Below, piece after piece: positions 23,193 to 35,278 of a DNA stretch of 64,000 nucleotides; the stretch's first letter is position 1, and each line of letters begins with the position of its first letter. The stretch lies in the NCBI RefSeq assembly GCF_009914755.1, contig NC_060926.1. One strand, written 5' to 3'. Origin of the DNA: the human T2T-CHM13v2.0 reference genome, Homo sapiens. The notes below the pieces were generated by a model, which did no database searches, was not told where the DNA came from, and worked only from the letters and a program-made list of their open reading frames with translations. The position numbers were made by a program, and so were the translations under genes.

Positions 23193-26098
23193 GTACTTTC
23201 TGTTTCGCACACTTGGAGGGCAGCAGGGGTGTTTTTCATTAGCCCGTTAGGATTTAATTAGAGTGGTGGCCCATGTCGTCAGGGAGGCATGCTGGGTTTA
23301 TGGAGGGCGAAGAGGAAGGCACCTCTGCTCCCAGGAATCCCAGGCACCATGAAGGTCACCTGTGAGTTTGCTAAGAGGTCTGGCCACCCCAAGTCCAGGG
23401 GGCTGAGCTGCCTCAGACAGCGGTGGGTGGGGCCTGAGTACTGGGAGGGGAGAGAGGGAGGAGGGGAGAGAGGGAGGAGGGGCATGGTCGCTGCCAGGCA
23501 GCCCTGGGGTGCGTGCAGCTGGCACATTTGAAATGTGCCCAGAGAACTTCTTGCCTCTTGCCCGCCAAGGACTGTTTTGGAAAGTAATTGTCTCCTGATG
23601 CCTTCTGGCTCTAATTAGAGGGTCAGGTTCGGGATTTACTATCTTAGGTGAATTTTTGGCCAACTTAATTATAACAAAAGAGACTACACGAGCCACAGCC
23701 TCTCATTTTACTGCCCCAAAGAGAAAGACTCTCTGGTTTCTACTGGGCCATCCGTGCCAGCATCCCGTTGGGAAAGTTTGGCGGGAAGGCGAGACCTCCG
23801 CTGTGTCTGCACAGTCCATCTGGAGGCCACAGAACTATTTCTGTCTCGGAGGAATGGAGAGACTTCGATTTCTTTTCCTCCCTTTTTGTTCCAGTGCATT
23901 TAGTCAGGCCCTGTTGCTCTCAGGGCTGAGGCACAGCTCAGAGAGCAGGCAGGGAAGAGAATGCGCCTTTTCTTCCGGCGGGCGCTTGGGCAGCGCCCCT
24001 CACACTTTGATGTATACACAGTTGTTGGGGGCTTGTTTTGGTGGAGACCCCGATTCAATTAAGTTGGGGCAGGGCTGGCTGAGTTTCTGCATTTCCGTTG
24101 GGTGCCAAGATGATGCTGGGGCTGCTGGTTCACAGGCCACGCTGGGGCCGGAGCCCAGGAACATGGAAAGACCCTCGGAGGGGCTTAGGAGTTGGTGCTT
24201 CTACGAGTGGACCTGAGGGCCTGCGGGGGGTTGTTACTGTATTTACTTTTATTTTTCCTGCGGTTCTAAGTGGGAGGTCATTATTGGGATGTGTGGCTCA
24301 TGTCAGGAAAGGGAGATCTGAGGTCAACCTTCAGGCCCCTTGGGGAGGTGGCCTTCTGAGCTGGACGATGCCTCTCCACCCTGTGCCCCTTGGACGGGGA
24401 CTCTCTAGGCCCTCCCTCTGTGAGGAGGGGCCAGCTGGGGGTGGAGGAAGAGCTCTTAGGTGGAGTGGGAGGAGCCAAGCGCACAGGGAGGGAAGAGCTG
24501 GTGGAGCGGCCCTGGTCCTGGGGCCACACATGGTCTTTTCCTTCCCCTGGGTCAGGGCCATCCTTGGCCTGTGGGGGCACCTAAAGCTGCCCCTCTGCCC
24601 ATGCTCTGAGGCCTTGTGAGCTCCAGGAAGCCTGGCCTCTGTGTATGTCTGGCCTGCCCCAGGGTTTTCAGCGGGAACCATCCCCCCATCCCTCCGCCCC
24701 ACACCCTGCCTCTCCAAGCCATGAGTGGATCATGAACCACCATGGTGCAATTTCCTGATGTGTCACATTAGTAGAGGACAGACTTAGGCAGTAATTAGAC
24801 AGTAATTAGAATGTAATTGCCGGGGAGCCCCTCTAGTGTCAGGCTGAGTTCTCATTATTGGTGCAATAGCAACAGATGCTTGAGGGATTCTCAATCTGTG
24901 GCGGGAGTAGGGGCCAGGCAGGAGGCCCAAAGTTTGGAGTACAGCACCTCCACAAAGGCCCTCACCTCCCAACCCCACCCCACTGCAGCACACCCTTTCC
25001 TGCCCACCCCGCAGGCCCTTGTTGTCTGATCGCAGGGTGGCTTGGCTGGTGAGGTTCCAGCGGAGGGTGGACCCAGCCTTCGTGAGCATAGTTGCCACAG
25101 GGCAGGTGGCCTGTTAGCTTCAGAGCAGTCTTGGGCCATGTGTCTGCTGCTGGAGAGTTGTGAGGACCCCAGAGCCTCCTCACCCATCGCTGCTCCCTGC
25201 ACCTGTCTCTGAGCAGCTTTTTTTGGGAAGGGTCCTCCTGGAGTCAGGGGAGAGCAGCTGTCCCTGCGTGGCGCAAAGCAGGGACATCGTGGGCCAAGTC
25301 TCCTAGTGCTGGTAAAATGCGACGGCTGCGTTCGTGGATGGGATGGGAGGTGCGCTGGCCTGGGTCCCAGTTTTCCTAATCTGTGTCGAGAGTGGATTTG
25401 ACAGGTGTTGTCCACAGTCTTTATGATCTTGGAACTTCGGGTCTTCCTTAAATGTTACTGGATGGTGGCAGAGGTGCATGAGCAAGAATCCTCATGTATT
25501 CAGCAACCCTGAGTCCCCCAGAAGGCTCCAAAGAGCCATGGATGTGGGCCTCACTGCCTGCGGGAGTACAGACCTGTCAGCAGGTGAGGGGAATGTGCGG
25601 AAGGAGGTGCCTGGAAGCTGCAGGTGGTTGGCGTGGGTCCCCCTCAGGGGCGGGGATGCTCTTGTGTTCATCTCTAGGTCTCAGCATCTGGTGCTGGGCC
25701 TGGCATGAGGGGTACCCAAGGGTCTTCTGGGACTGGAATGGTGTAGGAGAAAGGGTGGCATTGGTGAAGGAGGAAGTCTTCATGGGCCAGAAGCGTTTGC
25801 TGCAGCCACTGAGGAGTTGGGCACTCAGCCATCAGGCACAGGGCTGGGTGTGGACAGTGGGTGAGGAGGGGCCGTGAGGGACTGTACCAAGCCTGGGAGA
25901 GGGACAGTGCCGCAGGGTGCACCCCGGGTGGATGCAAGGGTGTGGGGAGCTGAGAATTTTTGTTGAGGGGCCCCTCTTCTCGAGTTGTTTCTGGCAAAGA
26001 CGAATCATCTTGGTCTGGGCGACTGCTCTGAGGCCTGTTTGCTGGGGGCAGGAGCAGACTGAGTCGACTCCCCTGTTGCTGCGCAGGTGACCACTTAG

Positions 26099-26536
<438 letters not shown>

Positions 26537-26827
26537 GAAAGGGATGACTTATACGAGCTTAGTGTTTCCTGACTTATTACACATCAGAGAAGGTGTGGGG
26601 TGGGTGGGTCTTATCTGAGGATGTCAGGGGCGCAGTGGTGAGGAAACAGCCAAATCCTGCAAGCTGTCAGGGGCTGTTTCCTGGCATCTGTAAGGTATCC
26701 AGATGTGGGGGCACCCTGCGTTCCCCGGCAGCTCATGGCCCCTCATGCAGCCTCCCCCACCCCTCACTGTCACCAGTTCCGAGAGCTTCCATTCCACGGC
26801 TAGAATTGCATGGCTTGAGTTGGTTGA

Positions 26828-27160
<333 letters not shown>

Positions 27161-27184
27161 TGGGATTTCACTTCTGAGTTCTTT

Positions 27185-27350
27185 ATATCTGTGAAAAATT
27201 GAAAACAGCCTACCTGTTCATTGATAGGGGATTGGTTCATCTGTGGAACATCTTGAATGGAACACGACGTAGCCACTGAAAATGTTAATTAAGACTTTTC
27301 AACTACAGGGTGGGAACATGCTTGTATTCTAATATTAAGTGGGATAAAAA
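27185..27350 (+). mobile_element. Old L1M fragment
   Basis: gaaaaattgaaaacagcct...tgttcattgataggggattggtt...aatggaacac...gcc resembles the L1MC/ME 3' region. Confidence 0.5.
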
Positions 27351-28566
27351 GAAGGTGCAATTGATCTCAAGCACCCCTAGCAATGAGATAGAAAGTGAAG
27401 GTTCAGAGTGAGGAGAGAGGACATGAAGGGGGTGGGAGGCCCCAGCCGGAAAGCTCGGAAAACCCAGGCAGGAGCTCCTGGATGCCAGGCTGGTGCGGTC
27501 AGAGCCTCTCCTTCAGTACCTCCCGTATTGTAGATGAGACTGAGGCCCATTTGGGCATGGGGCTTGCCCAAGGCTACCAGCTGCTTCAACCACGAGCTGG
27601 GCCCGGGGCTTGGGGCTCCTGCCTCTCACATGGTGAGAGTCTCTTTCAGGTATTTGCTTTTAGATTGTTATTTAGATTGCTGTTAGACTTGGGCCTTAAT
27701 TTAGGTCCTACTGCTACCCCGGGGTGAGTGTCCAGCCTTGGTAAGGTCTCCTCATGTGTCTTCATGCCTCAGTTCCCTCATCCATCCCAGGCCCTGATGG
27801 CACCTGCTCTCTTCCAAACAGCCAGTTATTTGAGGTCTGGGGCCGTGAGTTATTTGCAAAGTCACCTACCTCGACTGGCCTCTGTTGCCTGACTTCCCCT
27901 AGGAGTCCATGAGGCCGGACCTGTTGGGGGCTGGGTGTTTCCACTTAGAGTCACTATTTCCCTGTGCCAGAATATGCGTGAGAAATATATTTGCAGAGCA
28001 GAGCATGGCTGGGCTGGACCGAGCTGGACCAAAGGAAAAAGCAGCCCTGTGGTCAGACTGGGGAAAGGTTAGTTTAATCATCTGGCTGGAGCAGTTCATA
28101 AGAGCAGACGGCAGAAGCCTGGGAGGGCGAGTTCTTTCCCAGTCTCTTTTGCTGTTGTGCTAACACTTTGGAGGCCATAAATCTTTTAAAACACATTTTG
28201 GCCCAGAGGTTTTCCCCTCCTTTAACTTCTAAAATGGTGTAATTTTAAAAGCAATTTGATTCAGATGTTTCTCATTGCTTTATACTGAAACTGTCCAAAT
28301 GCTGTTGTATTTTCCTCCTCCACTGTGGGTTCTCTTTCAAAAATATTTCTGAACCTCTCTGTGTGCCTCACTGAGCACCAGGGACTACTACTCAGAGCCT
28401 CTGGGATAATATGAAAGGTGGAGCCATGAAACCCAGAGCTGGGTCTGATCTCATGAGTTTTGCTAGTTTCTGGAATCAAGCAGCCAGACAGGCTTTAGAC
28501 ATCCTGGGATGTACCTGCAATGGCCAACGCCCACCTCTTCCACGAAGCATCCACTGTGTGCTGGGC

Positions 28567-28752
28567 CAGGTGTCCTCCCAGTGTGGGCCGCACCAGCAAC
28601 ATCAGCATCCCCTGGGAATTGTTAGAAATGCTAATTCTTGAGCCCCACCTTAGACCTACTGAATCTGAGTCTGTGGGGGTAGAGCCCAGCAAGCTGTGTT
28701 TACACAAACCCTCTTGGTGATTCTGATACACTCCTAAGTTGGAGAACCGCAT
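28567..28752 (+). mobile_element. MER5A DNA transposon
   Basis: accagcaacatcagcatcccctgggaattgttagaaatgc...agacctactgaatc...gcccagcaagctgtgtttac...ggtgattctgat...gttggagaacc. Confidence 0.85.
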
Positions 28753-28934
28753 GTTCTGACTACATGAGGTAGGGTGGGTCTTCCCATACATAAAATGGGA
28801 GTTAGACACAGAGCTGCAGTGCAGAGATTACAGGAGACTTCTGATGTGCTTACACAGGCCTGCCAGGGCACTTCCTGGATAGTAGCTGTAACACTGCCTC
28901 TCTTAGTGCAGGCAGTGCTAAGGAAGTAGTGAGA

Positions 28935-29100
28935 AGCAGCCCAGGCTCTGGAACCAGGCTGCCTGGTTAAGTCCCAGTTCTGTTGACCTTAGGCAGGTCC
29001 GTGCCTCACTTTTCTCATCTATAAAATGGGCATGATCTTGGTTGTGAGCATTCCTTGAGTTAGCACATGGGAAGTGCTTCGAAAAGTGTTGGGCACAGAG
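28935..29100 (+). mobile_element. MIR fragment
   Basis: ggctctggaacc...cctggtt.agtcccagttc...gaccttaggcag...ctcatctataaaatggg. Confidence 0.7.
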
Positions 29101-31284
29101 GTGGCCTTGTGTGAGGTCCAAGTTGAGTATTTGCTTTATGAACTATTGCTATTCTTCCTACCAGTTTTCCTTTTCTAGATCTGCATACTCTGCCTGACTT
29201 AGAAAGTTTCCCTTTCACTGGTAACCCTTGCCTGCTGACCCGTTGAGGCTGACAGCAGGTGGGAAACCCAGGTTTCTGGTGACTTCCTACTTGAGAGTGG
29301 TGGGTGCCCTGGGCTGGAAATCAGACCTGGGTGCCTGTCCCACTTTGCTTTGCTCCCAGGGCCTGTCCTGGGTGTCTGTCCCGAGTGGGCTCCTGGCCTC
29401 TCTGACTTGGTCTTTTCCCCAGCACGCTGGAGACCAGACCAGACCAAAGGTTACTAAAGCTGGCCAAGCCTTAGACTCTCGTGACAATCACTATGTAAGT
29501 GCAGGGTCCAGGGCAGCCCCTGGGCTGGGGCCTGGGCATATGTATTTTTAATACGCTTCACAGGTCACTGGGCGCAGTCCGTCCAAGGCATGAACAAGAT
29601 CCCTTGGAGTATTCAAGAGTCTCAGGGGGGGAGACTACGGTTTGCAGCTGGTAGTACTGGCGGGGCTGTGACCAGGCTAGCATAGCTAGGGTCAAGCACT
29701 AGACGACTTTCAGCAGAGCGCTCCAGTGTTCCAGGAGGCGTGTGTGCTACCTACTCATACTGACAGCCCTCCTATCTTCTTCATTGGCCCTGCTGGGTTC
29801 TTGGAAAGTTTTTCTGAGGCACAGTTTTGCTTAGTGGCGAGGCATGCATGTCTATATGGGAATGCTGTGCAAATAGCAGAATATTTAGATGACTCATTTT
29901 CATTGTGTTGGCCAGAGCTAGAAAATCCCCTCCCACCACCTGCCTTACCACACCTAGGAGTCTGTCCAATACCCCTCCATTGGTACGTACCTCCAAGTCC
30001 CTGGTGTCTTTGCACTCTGTCTTTTTCTGTGCCTCCAGGATGTCCTTGTGGGCAGGGCATTGCTTGTTCACCACTGTCCCCACATCACCGCTTGCAGCAG
30101 ACATCCCATAGGGGATTATGGAATCTGATGCTATCATGCCAGAGGTGTTCCCGGTGGGCTGGTGTGGTCAGCTGTCTCTGGGTATAAGGGTCAGTTGAGG
30201 CTGGCCGTGGTCTTTGGCCCCCCTGCCAGGCCCCATGGCCAGCAGGGAGCTGAGTGGGCCACCTTCCCTGGCTTATCCGAGTTTCTCTGCTGGGGCCACA
30301 CACTTTTGCCTTGGACCTGGAGATGCACCCAGGTGTGACTAAGTGGGCAATTACTCTTATTTAAGTGATTTTCAGGAAGGCTGTTGATGCTGCTGGGCTT
30401 GTTTTATGGCCCAGCCATCCAGAACAACCAGTTCCCCTCAGACTTTGTCCAGAGAGCAGAGCTGAGTTCCCCTGACAGCCTGGTTCACCCAGGAAGCGGG
30501 GTGCAGGCTGACCACCCAGATGTTTTTCAGATGGTTCAGGAGTGTACTGCAAGGTTGGACGCCTGGGGCGGGAGCATGAGGTTGGAGACTTCTTCCTGCT
30601 CCCAGCAGAGTCTAGTGGGAAGAGCATGGCTTGGGGTCAGGCAGATCTGGGCTCTTCTTACCCTCTGCTTACCAGCCGTGTCTTCTGGGCAAATCAAGGA
30701 ACTTCTCTGAGATTCGTGCAGTGGCGATGGTAGTGGTCACTACTTCTGGCTACCGTGGAACTAAGCGAGACAAGGTCTGCAGGGTGGCTAGCAGAGCATG
30801 TGGGCACGGAGGAAGTAAATGTCCACATAACGGAAACCCGAGCATTCCTCTGGCCTGTCCTGGCCTCACACTCACTGCCACTCAGAACGGCTGCCGTCCA
30901 GAATCAGCCTGGCCGCCCCATTTCCCCAAGCACAACAGGTTTGTTCTCTGCTTCTGGCCGCAGCCCGGGGTCTGGACTCTGGGAGGCTCTCCTGGCCCCT
31001 GCCTGTCGCTCCCCTTGGTTGCAGAGACCGGCACACATGTTTCACGTCACCTCTGTGTCACCTTGTTTTCTGGCTGGTTCCTATAAGCTGGTGAACCCTA
31101 CCTGCCTGGAATGACAGTGTCAGAGGACAGTGCCGGTGGCTCCTGCCCCTGTGTGCTCCCTGGGGCCTTGGCCATGCCTGGCCGGCACTCCTTCATTTCT
31201 CACGGTTCACTGTGAATGTTCAGCTGATGCAGAGTTGGGTGAAGCTTCAAAGTCATTTCCACTTACAGAACTGGAAGAAGCTTT

Positions 31285-31390
31285 TGAAATCCTCTAGTTT
31301 GAATCCATTCATTTTACAGATGTGGAAACTGAGGTCCAGAGACACAAAATGCAGAGGGTTGCCTAGTGATATTACTTGGACTGGAAACCA
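31285..31390 (-). mobile_element. MIR fragment
   Basis: cattttacagatgtggaaactgaggtccagaga. Confidence 0.65.
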
Positions 31391-31494
31391 ATTCCGCAGG
31401 AACATTCCATCACATGGGACACAGCTGTCCCTCAACCTGGCCCTCCTCCTGGCCCAAACCCCAACTTCCCAAGTGACTGTGTTTATGTTGGAAA

Positions 31495-31925
31495 CATTTT
31501 TCTGACGTTTGGTTCTGTCAAAACTAATTTTAGCATTTCTAAAGCTTGGTAAAAATACAGCCTCATTACTTTGATGTCAGTGCATAGTTTACTATTAGTA
31601 TATTCTGGGGTTTATCATTTTAGTCATGTTTAACACGGCTGTGCCAGGCATGCACTATTAAATCTGGCTTATTTTACATTCCTGTCCGGAATTATTTATT
31701 TGTAACAATTTCCTCTCTATCAAAAGACACAGCTAATGCTGTGTTTTAATGTGTTATTTACACACAAAATAACCTATTTACAACTCAGTATGCGCCGGAG
31801 GGAGAATGGATGGGCCCCTGTTCCCTGCATTCTGTTATATCAGAGTTTAACAATCTGGATTGCTAATAGAACCATTTATCATTACTTGGGAGGGGGGGAA
31901 AGAGATAATTTATTTTATGTTTGTG
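31495..31925. promoter_or_regulatory. Candidate conserved intronic enhancer (AT-rich, non-repetitive island)
   Basis: Abrupt AT-rich unique sequence with TCF (CTTTGATGT 31569-31577), SOX (AACAAT 31704, 31849), TEAD (ACATTCCT 31676) and FOX-like TATTTAC motifs. Conservation is inferred, not computed. Confidence 0.5.
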
Positions 31926-34761
31926 GCCAGGTCTCACCGCCTCTGATCTTGGGACCATTTTGAGGATAATGAAGTGAAGCCCTGCATTTGGTGGGGGCTG
32001 TGGGGCGCCCGGGCCTGGGTGCCTCTGGGTTCCCTGCATTCATGTGCACATCCTACAGATGGTCCCGAACTGTGGACCAGAGAGGTGGTGATGACAGGGA
32101 CGTTGCCTCTGCCTTCTAGGAGCTTCCAGTTAGAGGTGACACTCAGCAGATGGTGACGAATCCTGCCCATAGGGCTTCACGGGGGAGGCAGTGTCTGAGC
32201 CTGGGGACATTCGGGGTTCCACCAGGTGGAAAGAGGAAAGGGTGGGTGGGCCCTGGTGGGAGGAGGAGGGTCAGAGTGGCCCCCTGGGAGTGTGGGGAGG
32301 GAGGACTGGGCGCCATCAGCTCAGTCTGTATGTCTCCTGCGTGAGTCCATATGTCTCCTGCCTGGCATATGGGGTCTGAAGGACAAGGCTCCTGTTGCCC
32401 TGCGGGGAGGCGCAGAGATGGCTGGCACCCAGGTGGGTGCATAGCTGATCCAGGGTGCAGGCCGAGGTCCCGGAGGCTCCACTGAAGTCTCTTTGAATGG
32501 ACATTGAGGGGTAAGGAGGGAAAGCGCCATTTGAAGCTGCTGTCCTCTATGAAGCTCTGTGTGGACACCAGAGGGGGATAGGAAGTGGGGGAAGATGCAT
32601 TTAAGAAGCAGGGGCCATGGCCCTGTCCCCAAAAGCTTGTGGTTCCCCCATGGAGAAACCAGACACCCCAGTTACGATGCTGATGTGGGCATTGTCTGCT
32701 GCCTGCAGTGATCCAGGAAAACATTAGGGAAGGAGTGTGGTCTCAGTAGGACCTGGTAACACTGCTGTGTACAGCCCTGTGACCTGGCTGCTCAGTCAGT
32801 CCCACAGAAAGCCACTGTGCACTCAGATCAGGGGGCTGGGGAGGGGGTCACCAAAGTGTGATTGCAAAGTGTGGCAGGGCTTGGGCAAGCCCCCTGGGGA
32901 CGATGCAGGGAGCCATCAGCCCCAGGACACCAGCATGGTCTGGGGGATGGGGCCTGGGCTTGGACAGGTGAGGTTTGAACCCTTGCCCTGCCCCTTCTCG
33001 GTTGGGTATCCTGTGCTGATCCGAACCCCAGTGTCCTCATTTTAAACGCAGGCCAAAATGCGTATCTTTGGAGGGCTAGGCTGACCAATAATGAGACTCC
33101 AGTGCTTAGAGGGTCCCTGGCACACAGTTGGCATTCTGTACATGGTAGTTCAGCTGTTAGTATTATGGTTCTTGCTCTTATTATGATTCTTAATTCAAGA
33201 ACTGTTTTCTGAGGGTAGCGCATACGTTCCTTAAAAATATTTGAGAGAGCAAATGAAGGAGCTGAGTCTCTATAATGAGTTAGCAGTTCACCCGTGATGT
33301 GCAAGGAGGAACCACACTCTAGCCTGAGAAACAGCATGGGCAAAGGTCCTGGGGTCTGAGAATGGCTGGAGAGGCTGAGCTGAGCGGGAAGCACTGGCAA
33401 ATGAGGCTGGTTTTGTCAGCCCCTTGGCAAAGGGCTCCCTTCCCTCCCCGATCCTGGCACAAGCTCACATCTGAGGCCGAGTCTAGTGGCCCCTCCTAGG
33501 GTCTGTGTCCTCCCTCTGCTCACAGCCACACGTGGACGCTGGTAACTCAGCCAGGCCCTGTGTGCACGGCTTGCTTGGACCACCCCCCCACACACCTCCC
33601 CGCCCCCGCCACCCTGAGCATCTGGCTTCTTCTCCTTCTGGGTGGGCAGGGTGGGGAGGGAGCCAGAGGGGCTCTGTCTTGAGAAGCCGCCCTTGGCTCT
33701 TTCCCCTTGAATATGTCCTGGCTGGCCCTGCTGTCAGAGGGCGTGGACCTCTGCTTTGTGTTTTGGGGGATTGTGAAGCTTGAAACCCTGGCACCAGACA
33801 GCCAGGCCTCTGGGCAGAGCAGGGCCTCATCCGCCGTCTGACTTTCCATCTCGTTTTCAGCAGTGATATTTGAGAGGAAGTTTGGGTTTGGTATGGAGCC
33901 GGGCAGTGGACACCGCTTTGCACCTTCTATTATCCCTGCAATTCTAGAAATGGAAGGACGTCCAGGAGAAGCCCCTTGCAGGGCCAAGCATGTGGTCTCT
34001 GTGTGGTGTGATGGTGGCCAGGGTGGGGAAGTCCCTGCCCCCGCCGAGTGCTGCAATCCCACCATTAGGTGTTTACCCCCTTGCTGTCACCTTACCTCTG
34101 GGTTTGTGCAAAGGCCCCTGTTGTCCATCATCCTCCTGTGACCTCTCCCCAGTGGCTCCTGGATCAGCTGGAGAGGGCCAGGCTTCTGAGCACTGGAGTA
34201 CCTGTGCCTGGGGAAGCTCACCCAGGAGAGAAGAGGGTCAGGGAGGGAAGAAAAACTTGCCAACGACACACTTTGCTGACTGGGTGAGTTGCTGAGGCTC
34301 GATGTCAGCGAGATCTTTGTCCTGTTGCCAGTCCCCAGACTGTGAGGTTTCCACGCTGGAGTCAATGGCCCTCTACGCCATGTTGGTGACAAGAAAAGCA
34401 ACAGGCACCTTCACTTAGAGGACAGACAAGTGTGAGTTCACATCTAGGTGTAGGAGCAGGGGCCACCCTTGCCTTGTCTGTCTGTGAAATGGGGGTGACA
34501 AGGCTCCCCTCAGCCAACTCTGTAGTGCAGGGTGGCCTGGCATGTGGGCAGCGGGCTGCTGTTGTTATTCTCATGGGATAGTGGCAACCCTTGCCTGAAA
34601 GCACCTGAGGCCGTTTGTGTCTTCAGTGGCTCGGGCACTGTGGAGCTTCCCAGCTGCCCATAGTTCTCAGCAGCGCCCACATGCCTGGCCCCCTGGGTTT
34701 TCTAGCTCCAGGTCATCAGGGAGGGAGGACCCACCAGTTCCACTCTTCAAGAACTACCTCC

Positions 34762-35278
34762 GATAATTGAAAACCTATGTGCACACAAAACTTTGTATAT
34801 GGGTGTTTATAGCAATGTTAGTTACGATAGTCCCAAAATGGAAATGACCCAAGCATCCATCCGCTAATGAATGGATGAGCAGAACGTGGTATGTATGTAC
34901 AATGGAATATTACTGAGTCATAAAAAGGAGTGAAGTGCTAATCAATGGTATACACAAATGAACCTCGCAAACATATGCTAAGAGAAAGAAGCCGGGCATA
35001 AAAGCACAAATATTGTAGGATTCCATTCCCATGAATTGTCTAGAATGACAAATCCATAGAGACAGAAGGGAGATGAGGAGGTGCCAGGGGCTGGGAGAAG
35101 AGGGAATGGGGAATGATTGCTATGGGCTTGGGGTTTCTTTTTGGAGGGATGAAAATGTTCTGTAATTAGATAGTGGTGATGGTTGCAACAGCTCTGTGAA
35201 TGTACTAAAAACCACTGAATTGTGGACTTTACAAGGGTGCATTTTATGGTATGTGAATTACATCTCTGTTTAAAAAAG
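34762..35278 (+). mobile_element. L1M (L1MB-like) 3' end
   Basis: gaaaacctatgtgcacacaaaac...aatggaaatgacccaag...gaacctcgcaaacatatgctaag...gatggttgcaacagctctgtgaatgtactaaaaaccactgaattg...gtgaattacatctc. Confidence 0.9.

Noticed and set aside
23193-23242. Continuation of ORF 23045..23242 (GTFCFAHLEGSRGVFH)
   Set aside because: Read-through past the GT donor at 23193; GLI2 continues in a downstream exon outside this window.
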